A stretch of 64,000 nt of DNA, taken from assembly GCF_004010195.1 (NCBI RefSeq), contig NC_057751.1, forward strand, positions 11,522,578 through 11,586,577, written 5' to 3'. The translations under genes were made by a program, and so were the position numbers. The stretch's first letter is position 1, and each line of letters starts with the position of its first letter. Under the pieces are notes generated by a model. That model was not told where the DNA came from and searched no databases. It was given only the letters and a program-made list of their open reading frames with translations. The stretch is from Chiloscyllium plagiosum (taxonomy: Eukaryota). Positions 36,630 through 49,126 of the stretch are shown here, one piece after another.

Positions 36630-38070
36630 GTTATCGGAAGGATATTATTAAGCTGGAGAGCATGTTCAGAAAAGAATTACCTGGATGTTGCTGGGAATAG
36701 AGATTTATAAAATGCTGCGGGGTGTAGATAAGATGAATGAGATGGGGGATTTCAAGAGTGGGGACACATTTTTTTAAGGTGAGAGGAAAAAGACATGAGA
36801 GGCAATTTTTTTTTTTTGCAGTGATTTGTGTGTGTGAAATGAGCTACCAGAAGAACTGGTGGATTAAGGTACAGTTGCAACATTAGTAAGGGGAGGTCGT
36901 GCCTGACAAACTTGTTGGAGTTCTTTGAAGAGGTGACAAGTAGGTTAGACCGGGGAAACCCAGTGGATGTGGTCTACCTCGACTTCCAAAAGGCCTTTGG
37001 TAAGTGCCACATGGGAGGCTGCTGAGCAAGGTGAGGGCCCATGGTGTTCGAGGTGAGCTACTGGTATGGATAGAGGATTGGCTTTCTGACAGGAGGCAGA
37101 GAGTTGGGATAAAAGGTTCTTTCTCGGAATGGCAGCTGGTGACAAGCGGTGTCCCGCAGGGTTCAGTGTTAGGGCCACAGCTGTTCACATTATATATTAA
37201 TGATCTGGATGAAGGGACTGGGGGCATTCTAGCGAAGTTTGCCGACGATACAAAGTTAGGTGGACAGGCAGATAGTAGTGAGGAAGTGGGGAGGCTGCAG
37301 AAGGATCTAGACAGTTTGGAGTAGTGGTCCAGGAAATGGATGATGGAATTCAATGTGAGCAAATGCGAGGTCTTGCACTTTGGNNNNNNNNNNNNNNNNN
37401 NNNNNNNNNNNNNNNNNNNNNNNNNNNNNNNNNNNNNNNNNNNNNNNNNNNNNNNNNNNNNNNNNNNNNNNNNNNNNNNNNNNNNNNNNNNNNNNNNNNN
37501 NNNNNNNNNNNNNNNNNNNNNNNNNNNNNNNNNNNNNNNNNNNNNNNNNNNNNNNNNNNNNNNNNNNNNNNNNNNNNNNNNNNNNNNNNNNNNNNNNNNN
37601 NNNNNNNNNNNNNNNNNNNNNNNNNNNNNNNNNNNGTGGACACAGCCTTAGAATTAGAGGGGGTAAATTCAGAACAGAAATGCGGAGACATTTTTTCAGC
37701 CACAATGTGGTGGGCCTGTGGAATTCATTGCCACAGAGTGCAGTGGAGGCTGGGACGCTCAATGTCTTCAAGGCAGAAATTGATAATTCCTTGTGACATC
37801 AAGAATTTAAGGGCTACGGGGGAGTTGAAATGCCCATCAGCCATGATTGAATGGCGGAGTGGACTCGATGGGCCGAATGGCCTTACTTCCGCTCTTATGT
37901 CTTATGGTCTTATGGTCTTATTTAAAATACATTTAGATAATGACATTAATTAGCAATGTTTGGAGGGATATGGACCAAGTGTGGGCAGGTATAACTAGTT
38001 TAGTTTGGGATCATGGTCGCCGTGGATTGGTTGGACTGAACACTGTTTCCATGCAATATGACTTTATAAC
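36630..38070 (+). mobile_element. Older CR1 3' fragment hosting a younger nested CR1 (about 36885-37920)
   Basis: Host acagttgcaacatt... resumes as ...tttaaaatacatttag at ~37921. The insert has clean RT sequence (CLTNLLEFFEEVT; SGVPQGSVLGPQLFTLYINDLDEG...KFADDTKLGG) and a (CTTATGGT)n tail. Confidence 0.85.
37384..37635. other. Assembly gap (252 N) inside the nested CR1
   Basis: Run of n characters. Confidence 1.
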
Positions 38071-38339
38071 TTCAAACTGTGAACACTGTCCTTAATTTTG
38101 ACTATTTCAGTCTCCCACTTTCTGTCTCTGGTTTCCATGTTTTGTGTTCTTTTCTTTCTGTCAGTCAGAGCTGACCTTCATTATGCTGCGAATACCTCCT
38201 TGGATCTATGCTTTGTCCCTTCTCTTGGCCAAAATGTTCCCTTTCCTTTTATTGTGGATCATCTTTGATCTCTAATCTCTCTCTCACCCTCTGACCTTTC
38301 CTCTTCTGAAGAGTAGAAAATCCACTGCTTTTCCACGCA

Positions 38340-38470
38340 CATTCAGTTCCAAAGAAGGATCACATCAGACTCAAAATGTGACCTCTGTTTCTCTTCTTTA
38401 GAGATGCTGCCAGACCTGTTTAATTTCTCCAACACTCTGTTTTTGTTTTGGATCTCCGGTGTCTGCAGTC
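38340..38470 (+). mobile_element. Decayed Penelope-like short element, third subfamily
   Basis: cagttccaaagaaggatcacatcagactcaaaatgtg...gatgctgccagacctg...tctgcagtc shares the gatgctgcc.gacctg and tctgcagt blocks with family A. Minus-strand relatives lie near 17220-17310 and 45680-45755. Confidence 0.5.
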
Positions 38471-38721
38471 TTTTGGAACTGTGCGTCAAGATGGGAATGC
38501 CTTCTCATTTTGAAGGTGCAGTGAGGTAGGGAATCTGGAGGGAGCAGATGGTGAAAGGTGGTAGAAGGCTTGGGCTTGACTTATTTCTGAGATGGTTCAA
38601 TGAAGATCAGAAACTGAGGGACATTGGGAATTGCTGTTGTTAAGCTGCTTTCTGTGTCACTATGCTCAATCACCAAGTAATCTGGAATAGATATGCATGA
38701 CACATTATTTCTTTTTTACAG

Positions 38722-38798
38722 ATTGCAGCTAAGGAACTAGAGGCAAATGAATGGAAACAAAAATATGAAGACAGTCGACAAGAAGTCATTGAAATGAG
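38722..38798 (+). CDS. TACC1: TACC1 coding exon (77 nt): IAAKELEANEWKQKYEDSRQEVIEM(R)
   Basis: cttttttacag|ATT...ATGAG|gtaaaa; TACC-domain sequence. Confidence 0.95.
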
Positions 38799-39267
38799 GT
38801 AAAACACCAAAAGTTGAACAACACATGGTTCATTCCATTGTAAAATGAAAATTTATTTGACTTTGTTTTCTTTTTGACAGTTGAGATGCACAGTTTTCTT
38901 CAGTGTCTTGTGGTTTGGGTACTTTTTCTCAGTGAACTTCATTCTAAATAAAAAGTGCTCCGTTTGAAAGAGAGGCAGGGTGGGCAAGTTTTCAGTTATT
39001 TGTAGAGAACCACATCTGATTCTGACTTCTGTGGGTGGTGTCCCCACTAGGTTGAATCAGAAGTTGTATGATCTGTCTGCATCAGTTAACATGGATATAG
39101 GAGCATGGAAAAACCTTCATTGTACCTGGTAACTGTAAGATGAATGTGTTCATCTCGATTCAACAGATCTGGCTCAATGTAAATTATACATTGACCAAAA
39201 TCCTCAATCTGTCAGAACCGTAAACATTGTATCAAATGAATGAACGCTGGGAGTGACTAGTGACAAT

Positions 39268-39851
39268 AGAACATAGAACATAAAAAAAATACAGCGCAGT
39301 ATAGGCCCTTTGGCCCTCGATGTTGCGCCGATCCAAGCCCATCTAACCTGCATTAGCCCACTATCCTCCATATGCCTATCCAATGCCTGTTTAAATGACC
39401 ATAAAGAGGGAGAGTCCACCACTGCTACTGGCAGGACATTCCATGAACTCACGACTCGCTGAGTAAAGAATCTACCCCTAACATCTGTCCTATACCTACC
39501 ACCCCTTAATTTAAAGCTATGCCCCCTTGTAATAGCTGACTTCATACGTGGAAAAAGATTCTGACTGTCGACCCTATCTAAACCCCTAATCATCTTGTAC
39601 ACCTCTATCAAGTCACCCCTAAACCTTCTTTTCTCCAATGAAAACAGCCCCAAGTGCCTCAGCCTTTCCTCATACGATCTTTCTACCATACCAGGCAACA
39701 TCCTGGTAAACCACCTCTGCACCCGTTCCAGTGCCTCCACATCCTTCCTATAGTATGGCGACCAAAACTGCACACAATACTCCAGATGCGGCTGCACCAG
39801 AGTCTTATACAACTGCAACATGACCTCAGTACTCCGGAACTCAATTCCTCT
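39268..39851 (-). mobile_element. Young 5'-truncated CR1 LINE with intact ORF2 C-terminus
   Basis: Uninterrupted frame in ORF 39204-39905 (RGIEFRSTEVMLQLYKTLVQPHLEYCVQFWSPYYRKDV...FKQALDRHMED). (AGAACAT)n tail on +; ACAAT flanking repeats at 39263-39267 and 39852-39856. Confidence 0.9.
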
Positions 39852-39861
39852 ACAATCTTGG

Positions 39862-40025
39862 TTTGAGACAAAAAAAACTGCAGATGCTGGAACCAAAGTA
39901 GACAAACAGGAGGCTGGAACGACACAGCAAGCCAGGCAGCATCAGGGAGTGGAAATGTTGACTTCTCCCCTTCGTGATGCTGCCTGGCTTGCTGTGTCCT
40001 TCCAGTCTCCTGTTTGTCTACCTCG
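39862..40025. mobile_element. Hairpin-shaped Penelope-like short element (hammerhead core absent)
   Basis: Inverted arms gtagacaaacaggaggctggaacgacacagcaagccaggcagcatca (~39898-39944) and tgatgctgcctggcttgctgtgtccttccagtctcctgtttgtctac (~39975-40021). actgcagatgctgg end shared with family A. Confidence 0.7.
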
Positions 40026-41044
40026 GTGACAATCTTTGGCAAAATCAGAGAACATGAGCAGCTCCGTGACATCGCCACAATGTTGTTCTAGGATCCTAAA
40101 GCTTTTGCCAGACACAGATGGCATTTGTTCATAATTGAAAAGTTAGTGGTGAACTCATATTGACTGAATTAGTGTAAACACTGGTCTGCTTTCCCACTGT
40201 CCTTTAAGGATAGCAATCTGCAATCCTTATTCAATCTGAGTTCACTCTGACTGCAGACACACAGCTGGATGACTGATTGTGAACTGCCTTCTGAAATGGC
40301 CTAGTTTTATAGACATTCTAAAACACAACTCACACCACCATCTTGTTGAGGGCAATTGCAGCAACATTTGCTTTCCATGAATGACACATGAGAAAGGGGA
40401 GTCACATTTGATTTCCAGTTGTAGTTTGGGACTGTCTGCCTATTGCTTTTCATTACTACAAATATCATTTGCTTATCATTTCTGCAAATCAAATGTCCTG
40501 GCTACCAGATACAGCTTCTGACTATCTCCTTCATTGTGATGATGCCTCAGTGTGTAGTTGATTTAACACCACATTTCTTTAGCTGTGCTGGAATGATAGC
40601 CCTCATTTCTCACAGGAGACATCCAGCTTGTGTGGATAGTTCTCGTTTCCAAGTGACAAGTGGATTCAGTCTTGGGTAGATCCTGTGATCTTGTCATGAA
40701 GTCCCATGTCCACCTCGTGGGATAGCAGCGGATGATTTCCAATGGACTTCTTTAGTTATCCTGCCATTCCTAGAATGTTTTCTACTTGTTTGAAGTCGAA
40801 AATACCTACATCAGGACTGTTTGTAATTGACTCATTTGGCAATGGTAATCTAGACAATGCATCATCAATCCCACACAAGATGGAATTGTCTAAGTGTGAA
40901 CTTGTAGCAGCAACACCCACTTCTACAGAAGGTTCATTGCTAGCAAAGGTATCCTGTACGAGGCCCAAATATTGCGGTCACTGCTCTGTGCTCTATTATA
41001 GCAGGGTAAACTCCAAACTGTAGTTATTGGTGGGATCATCTCAT

Positions 41045-41223
41045 AGAACATAGAAAAATACAGCGCAGTACAGGCCCTTTGGCCCTCGATGTTGCGCCGA
41101 TCCAAGCCCACCTAACCTACACTAGCCCACTATCCTCCATATGCCTATCCAAAGCCTGTTTAAATGCCCATAAAGAGGGAGAATCCACCACTGCTACTGG
41201 CAGGGCATTCCATGAACTCCCGA
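41045..41223 (-). mobile_element. Short 3' end of the same young CR1 subfamily as 39268-39851
   Basis: Near-identical to ~39270-39456; CTCAT flanking repeats at 41040-41044 and 41224-41228. Confidence 0.85.
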
Positions 41224-41574
41224 CTCATGCCAATAATACTTCCTGGAGCTTTTTTCTTTATCTGTGCCTAGTTCATTTCTGCTATGTTTCACGTCTTGAT
41301 GCAAAAACTATTGGCTTCTCCTCACCATTTGGTAATCTGTGAGAAAGACTGCTCCCACTCCAAAATGTCCGATGATGTCATCATGTCACAAGTTTGGACT
41401 CTTAACCTGACAGTGCACTATATTAGGCAATACACCACAGAAAGTATGCTGGGAAGATCTTGCCTTTCCAATCTTTTGTTTATCTTATGGCATTCCAAAT
41501 ATGTTGCAGATACAAGAAAAATAATAAGCCCAGAACTGAGACATTGTGAAATACTTTGGACAACTATTGTATTT

Positions 41575-43065
41575 AGAACATAGAACAGTACAACACAGGA
41601 ATGGGCCATTTGGCCCACAATGTTATGCTGAACATGATGTCAAATGAAATGGATCCCTTCTGTCTGCCCTTGGTCCATATCCCACCATTCCTCACGTATT
41701 CATGTGTTTATCTAAAAGTCCCTTGATCAATCTCCGCCGCCACTCCTGGGCTGTGCATTTCAGAATCTTACCACTCTCTATGTAAAAAGATTGCCCCTCA
41801 CATCTCCTTTGAACTTTCTCCCTCTCATCTTAAATGCATGCCCCTAGCATTAGACATTTCAACTCTGGGAAAATATTCTGACCATCAACCTTATCCATGC
41901 AACTCATAATTTTATAGACTTCTACCAAGTCTCCCCTCAGCATCTGCTGCTCAAGAGAAAACAACCTGAGTTTTTCTAACCTTTCCTTATGGCTCATACC
42001 CTCTATTCCAGGGACCATCCTGGTATACATCTTCTGTATTCTCTCCAAAGTCTCCACATCCATCCTAGAATTGAATGCAGTCCTTTAAGTGTGGCCTCAC
42101 CAAAGTACTATCAAGCTACAACACGACATTCTGACTCTTGTACTCCATTCCCCGACCAATAAAGGCAAGCAGGCCATATGCCTTCTTTACCACCCTACCT
42201 ACTTGCATAGCCACTTTCAGGGAGCTCTGGACTTAAACCCCAAGATCCCTCTGTGTATCAATGCTCTTCAGGATACTGCCATTAACATTTGATCTCCCAA
42301 AGTGCAGCACCGCACGCTTACTCTATCTATCATTTCTCCAATCATGTCTGCAATTGATCTGTATCCTGCTGTATCCTTTGATAATATCCTACACTCTCCA
42401 CTGATCTTTGTCTTGTCTGTAAACTTACTAACCCATCCAAATCATTTATATATATCACAAACAACAGCGGTCCCAGTACAGATCCCTGTTGAACACCACC
42501 AGTCCCAGCCCTTCCAACCTGAAAAACACCCTTCCATTGTTACTCTGTCTCTGTGGGCAAGTCAATTCTGAATCCATACAGCCAAGTCACTGTACATCGC
42601 ATGCATCTTAATCTTCTGGATGAGCCTACCATGAGTGATAGTGTCGAAAGCCTTCCTAAAATCACTGTAAACGACATCCACTGCTCTACCCTCATCATCT
42701 TTGTCACCGTCTCAAGAAATTCAATCAAGTTCGTAAGACATGAACTGCCTTACATAAAGCCATGTTGAAAGTCCCTGATTAAGCAATGCTTTTCCAAATG
42801 TGTGTAAATCCTATTCCTAAGAATTTCCTTCCATAGTTTCCCAACCAATGATGTGAGACACATCAGTCTACAGCTTCCTGGATTATCCCTATTTCCCTTC
42901 ATGAACAGAGGAACAACATTAGCTACTTGTCAGTCCTCCGGGACCCCTCCAGTGGCTGGCAAGGATACAAAGATCTCGGTCAAGGCCCAGCAATCTCCTC
43001 TCTTGCCTCTGTCAATATCCTAAGGTAGATACCACAGGGCCCTGGGGACTTAGCCACCTTTAAGC
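41575..43065 (-). mobile_element. CR1 LINE fragment, decayed with internal deletions
   Basis: Minus-strand ORFs read LERIQKMYTRMVPG...LRLFSLEQQMLRGDLVEVYKIM and IEFLETVTKMM; upstream KSPGP-like remnant at ~43040. Confidence 0.85.
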
Positions 43066-43568
43066 TCTTGGTTTGGACCAACTTAGGCTCCGTAAAACTA
43101 ACAATTTTTTTTGAAATTGTGAAGATAGTTTTGAACAAGAATCATCATTTCCTTCAGAATTGTTACTACTTGAATGGCTTTAAGGCTTATTAAGATTATT
43201 CATCTCAAGAAATGTTTTGAATCACTTGATTGTGACAAGGTGCGACCATTGTTTTTTTTAAAACAAAAGCTTTTTTGTCTTGATTCACTTATTTCTTTCA
43301 TGGGTGAAATACATCTGACAGAATAAAGAACAAAATTGAGAATTGTTCCCTCCTAAAGTCCTTGCTTTTGATCTCAAATCTCAACAAACTGTTAAACTTT
43401 CAAGCAGAGTTCATCACTCAGAAAAAAAAGCAATTAAAGCACACTTACATTACATTTGGCCTCAAGTATCAAAAGAGATATTGACAGACTTTTGAGATCA
43501 GTGCTTTTTAAGAGGTACTTTCCAATTAGAAAATGAATCAACTAATTCTTTGTTCCATTTTCTTACAG

Positions 43569-43612
43569 AAGGATTGTTGCAGAGTATGAAAAAACCATTG
43601 CACAGATGATTG
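43569..43612 (+). CDS. TACC1: TACC1 coding exon (44 nt): (R)RIVAEYEKTIAQMI(E)
   Basis: ttttcttacag|AAGGATT...ATTG|gtatgt; matches TACC IVAEYEKTIAQMI. Confidence 0.95.
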
Positions 43613-44513
43613 GTATGTCTTCCACTTCTTAGTTTGATTGAATTAGATCACTATTAAATGACTTTAATTAACTCCATCCATTTTAAGATTTCTGCAAAGG
43701 AAAGAGTAGAGTAGTACTGAAATTATTCTGCCTTCATAGGAAGGAATCAATGCCACTTTGTACCTTTGCTGATAATACAATGACACACTCTCGCACCTTG
43801 GTTGATAGCCAATTAAATCATGTCCTTCTGCTCAAGTTCCTCTTTGAGCACGGAGTGGAGCTGGAAGGGAATGAGGAGTGCTTTTGTGATGGTTTCTTTT
43901 TGTGGTTTAAGAGTGTGTTTAAGAACTGAGCTCCTTTCAGTTTCCTGGGGAAGTATCATCACTGACCAATAGGTCAGGACATATTTCTCCTTTCTTGATA
44001 AAAGCTTCAAACTTAATTCTCCACGTTTCAATGCAATCCTCACTGCCTTCCAAATTCTTGGTTGATCAATAGAAACACTTTTCCTGCTGGAGATTTGTGG
44101 TTTTACTGGCAATCTACAGTGAGAAATATGTTTGCACTTCAGAAGTGCATGTCAGCTTCTTGGCTTCATCATCTTCGGTTTTTGGTTTACAAGTAGAAAC
44201 TGTTGATCCATTGAACATATCATAGACCTGTTCTTGCATTTCCGAATCTATATTTCAATGGGCAGAGGAATACCTGTCAGTATCATGGTCCAGAAATTTG
44301 TCTGCAGTAGTGGTGCTACATTGGTGCTTGTTAGACTGTTCCATGCCTGAAAATTTGATTTGATGCTTACAGTCTAACTAAATATCAGATGCTGATCAGA
44401 TACAGCCCATTTTGCGCCACCATCCAAGTTAGACTTCTACCCCAAGTTTTTAACTCAAGTACATATAAATTAGAGTCTTCCCTATGACTATTCAACTGTT
44501 CTTATTCTCACAG

Positions 44514-44674
44514 AAGATGAACAAAAGAACAAAATGGTTTCTCAGACATCCATTCAGCAGCTGATTACAGAAAAGGACCAGGCTTTGGCAGATCTTAATT
44601 CAGTGGAGAGGTCCTTATCAGATCTTTTCAGGAGATACGAGAACATGAAGAGTGTACTAGAGGGATTCAAAAAG
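44514..44674 (+). CDS. TACC1: TACC1 coding exon (161 nt): (E)DEQKNKMVSQTSIQQLITEKDQALADLNSVERSLSDLFRRYENMKSVLEGFKK
   Basis: cttattctcacag|AAGAT...AAAAAG|gtgcac. LNSVERSLSDLFRRYEN and EGFKK are TACC1-type residues. Confidence 0.95.
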
Positions 44675-44816
44675 GTGCACATCGCTTTTGTGTTTCTTCA
44701 GTCACGAGCTAAAAATGATAAAATAAAACTGCCAGTGGGGATGTTAGAAAAAAAAATACACTCTCTTATGACCTGTTGCATAAAAACTAACTTCTTTTCT
44801 GTCTTGTGTCTGAAAG

Positions 44817-44923
44817 AATGAAGAAGTATTGAAGAAATGTGCCCAAGATTACTTGGCTAGAGTCAAACAAGAGGAGCAAAGATACCAAGCTCTTAAACTC
44901 CATGCTGAAGAAAAACTAGACAA
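44817..44923 (+). CDS. TACC1: TACC1 coding exon (107 nt): [35 protein letters not shown](K)
   Basis: gtgtctgaaag|AAT...GACAA|gtaagt. Confidence 0.95.
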
Positions 44924-44994
44924 GTAAGTCTGACATATCGCTGTAGGGTACACAATTACATGAGATCTTTGTCATCAAGGTTGAAATAATTATA

Positions 44995-45304
44995 GATTAT
45001 GGAAACAGGTCCTTTAGCCTAACAAGACCCTTTGAAGAGTAATCCACCCAGATGCCTACCCTATTATCTTATATTTACCCCGAACTAATGCACCTACACA
45101 CCCCTGAATACTATGGGCAATTCAGCATGGCCAATTCGCCTAACCTGCGCATCTTTGGATTGTGGGAGGAAACTGGAGCACCCAGAGGAAACCCACACGT
45201 GCACGGGGAGAATGTGCAAACTCCACACAGCCAGTAGCCTGAGGCTGGAATCGAACCTGGGTCCCTGGTGCTGTGAGGCAGCAGTGCTAACTACTGAGCC
45301 ACCA
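44995..45304 (-). mobile_element. HE1-like SINE
   Basis: Same SINE core and tRNA-like head (reverse complement ggtggctcagtagttagcactgctgcctcacagc). Confidence 0.85.
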
Positions 45305-46302
45305 GGCTGCCATAAATCATGTTAACTTGCAAGCCTGGCTGAGCAGTACTTGGAGATACAACTTCGAGAAGCATGCCCAAAGTGTCACACAAAGGCACCG
45401 TTTAAACAAAACAAACATGAGAACCAAAGAAAGACAGGAGGTGCATTTGAAAGCTTAGTCACAGAAATGGAGTTGAAGAAAGGATCGAAAAGAGGTAGAG
45501 AGGATGAGTTACAAAGCATGGAGGCTGGTCAGCTAAGGGAGGGGCCAAAATGAAAGGGTAAAAGGATGATCAACCCTGAGTCCAGCTGTGTTTGGACAAT
45601 TGGAACAGGATGTGTGGGCTGGCTGATTAGTACTCCAGTGTGGGATAGGATTTGGGCAGCAGAGCTATCCAACATAACTAAAAACCGAAAGTGCTGGAGC
45701 AACTCAGCAGGTCTGGTAGCATCTGTAGACAGAGTCAATGTTTTGAGTCCAGTTCAGAGAGAGAGGGAGAGAGAGAGAGAAAACACCAAGGAGTTGAGCA
45801 TCTGCTTGAAGTTACTGAGTATGAAGAGTCATTGAGGCATGGAAACAGTGCAGGTGAGTCGAGGAGATAACTCCTTGCATTTCTAACGTTGACAAGTGAA
45901 TCCAACCCAACCACGTTTCAGTTTGAAATGGACGTTTTTCTCTGTCCTCTGGTCACCAAGGTACAAGAGAAATATCTTGTGAAATTCTTAGTGCAGTTAC
46001 AAGTAGGTCTCAGCCCATAATGCACATTCCTGCAACTTAAGAGTGAGCAGCTATACTTGGAGAGACCAGAACACTTCCACCCAGAACAAAATAATTCATG
46101 AGTGAAGTTCAGTTTTTTCCTCTAGCTTATGTGCGTTTTCATTCTTACAGATATCCTTCAATCTTCCAATCTCTTGCTCACTTACTTCACCACTGCTTTG
46201 ATTTTTACATATTTGGTGCTGACACATATCAGAATGAAAGTTGAGGCTTATTAGTTGTCTGTTTTACTTGAGGAAAAACTGCTTGCAAAGGCAAGATATT
46301 TT

Positions 46303-46530
46303 TGTTGTGATTACAATGAGATCAGCCAATTGGAACTCATAGAATCTGAGTTCCTTTATTGGGACTGGTAATCTGGTTCAATCAGGGAGCCCTGGCTGAC
46401 CGATAAAAAGGATGAATGTCGGAGATATTGACACTCTGAGAGCTGAGTCTATACAAAGCTGCACTGTGGTCAAGTACAGCTCCTATGTGATTTGGTAATA
46501 GGATACCAGCCTCTGAAAAATTTACTTTCA
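46303..46530 (+). mobile_element. Probable solo LTR
   Basis: Starts TGTTGTGATT and ends TTTCA (TG...CA), about 230 bp, with an internal gataaaa TATA-like site. No clear TSD. Call rests on recalled resemblance to shark Gypsy LTRs. Confidence 0.4.
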
Positions 46531-48139
46531 AATTGAAATAACTCCATAATGATCTGTGTGACTTAGGCCTCGGGTTCTGAAGTGTGTGGCATTCCCATTT
46601 TGTGCTCCATTCTGGAACAAATTACTTCACTCAAAATGTTGGAGTTTGAAATCGTGATGGTCATTGATTTAGAAAACAAGAATGTGAACCTGCTCACATT
46701 ATTCCAAAGTGGCAAAATCTCTTGCCCTCAGTTCACTATCCAACCCTTTGACTGATATTGAACTTATCTTTCTAAAGTACTGAAGGATGGGAATTAACAG
46801 GCCAACACATTATTCCCAACACATTCTTCTCCTAAGCCCCAAAGGCACTCTTAGTTTGGGAAGCTCCAACCTAAAGAGGATCTGTGAATCTGTAGAGCAG
46901 GCATTCTCAACCCGCGTGCGTCTGAAGCACATCTCCCTTGTATAAAGATTCCACAAGGGATTTCACCCCATTCCCCACCATAACACAAGTATTGTATCAC
47001 AAGGTAGTTTCACAGTTCAATGTATTTCTCACCATTTCTGTTTCATTTCATGTGGAACTTGTTGCTGAGCAACAACTTATTTTATTTCCTTATTCCACAT
47101 GTAGGGAGTAAATTAGAAACTAGCAATTATCATGGTTTTGTGGAATGGCCCGTGGAACACAATTTGTGCCAAATCACTTCAGTCAGGCTTGTAATGGCAT
47201 CTTCCCAAAAACCTGCCTCCAAAAAATTTCGTAAATGCTCAACTTCAGAAATTCTGATATTCTTGGTGTTAATTGCTAATTTGTGACTCGCAAATACAAT
47301 CGTGAAGAGAACTCAAATGCAATAGGTGCAGCTTCGCAGCCACTAATGTAATGCTGTTTCAACTGGAGTTATTTTAAAGTAATATTTATTCACCTTGCTT
47401 TCCATTACTTCATAAATTAAAATTAAACGTTTAGAACTACTAAACTTGGAAGTGATACAACAGAACAGAGTTTGCTGGTGTTGAGGTCAGTATGAGAGTG
47501 GTTCCCTCAAACCAATTAATGTTATTCATTTTCAGAAGCTCTATTCATTTCCAACAATGTGGTTGGGTGTATCCCATGCAATTAGGTTACACATTTTACT
47601 GTTGCCTCATGTCCTGTCCAGGACCGGTCAGCATTCCTGTGTTTTAGGGACTCCATGGCATTCAGGACTGGGTCAGCACAACACTACTATTGCAATAATG
47701 TCATGTTTGATGGCCAGATTGCATTATATTCTCTCCATTCTCACTTGATGGACTGGGGTAAGTTGCAGTTGTTCCACTGTGGCTATGCAGGCAGTCCCAT
47801 GAGAGAGAGCCATTGCAGGTGAATATGTTGTCCCTTTCCCACAGGCTGTGTACTCCTCGGTTCTTTATTGTTTAGCTATCTCCACTGTACTATAGGCAAG
47901 GACAGCGAAAGGCATTGGTATCCATTACTTCTAAGTTGCAGTTCTGGTCGAGCTCAGTGCCAGCTGTGGAACCTCTTAAAACAATGACACAGACCTGTGT
48001 TTGTGAAAGGCTGGTACAAAGGAATTAAAAATCTGTCATCATGAGTTTGTTATTGTGAGGGTTCATGGTCGAGGTCTTGTATGTTCCAGTGCTGTTTTGC
48101 AGCCCAGTCCGCTCACTCACTGTCCTGACCAATTTGCAG

Positions 48140-48260
48140 GGCCAATGAGGAGATCGCCCAAGTGCGTGCTAAGGCCAATGCAGAGGGAGCAGCCCTGCAA
48201 GCCAGCTTGCGAAAGGAACAAATGAAAGTGGATTCCATGGAACGGACAATTCAGCAGAAG
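48140..48260 (+). CDS. TACC1: TACC1 coding exon (121 nt): (K)[40 protein letters not shown]
   Basis: ccaatttgcag|GGCCAAT...CAGAAG|gtaaag. Confidence 0.95.
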
Positions 48261-49126
48261 GTAAAGCAAATGATGGTTTGGAGGTTACAGCACCAAAGCA
48301 CAATTGTACAGCAAGCCTTCCCAGAGTGGAGTTAAGGACCCCAAACTGGGGACATGAGCTGGAATTTTGAGGTTGCAAGCTATGAGGAAGTAGTGTCTAC
48401 TGTGGATCTCTGGCAGTGTCAGAATAACTGTGCTACAGCTCAAATAGCCATGTTCCCACACTCTCAGATCTCCCTCCCAACCCCTCCGCACCCTCTTCAC
48501 TAAAGGGGTCATAAAACTTTCAAACCTTGATTCAGTTTTTGGAAAAATTGGTAAGCACTGTCTTATTGAATCGGCGGGAAGCATGAGTATCCCAGCCTCT
48601 ACCTAGGCATGATGTGAGTGTGTAGGGATCCAAAGGAAGGGATACTAGTGTCCACTGAGTCTTACTGACTGCTGTCAGCTGTAATGAGCGTATGATATAG
48701 TGAAATTTTAGGGAGAGCATAAAGACCCTGATTTAATTTCTTCATGAAGCGCTCCTTTTGCTGATCTTTTGTCTGTTTTTTGGGTGTTGATAAATTTCTG
48801 GCATCTTACTTGATAGAACCAACTGAACAATTCCAGGCTACATGTTCACATGGGTTGTAGCTGGAATCAAAGCCAACATTGTGAAGTTTTGCTCTGCAAT
48901 ATTCACAAGTGATGAGACCATTTATAGTGCTCTCTGCACTCACTGGTTAATCATTGGGAACACAATTGAGACAAGAAATGTCCAGGCGCGTGACTTTGTG
49001 TCACTCCAGCAGGACAGTTTACCCACTTCCAAATGGAAATGGTGATGTACAAACCTAAAAGTGCGAACAGCTTATCTGGTTTCGAACAGGTTGCCAAAAA
49101 AAAATCATCTGTTTCTTCTTTCGCAG

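Noticed and set aside
37307..37953. Several 100-200 aa ORFs
   Set aside because: Artefacts of reading through the N gap.
39204..39905. Longest ORF in the track (233 aa) as a host gene
   Set aside because: It is a CR1 ORF2 C-terminal fragment fused to flanking repeat and intron sequence.
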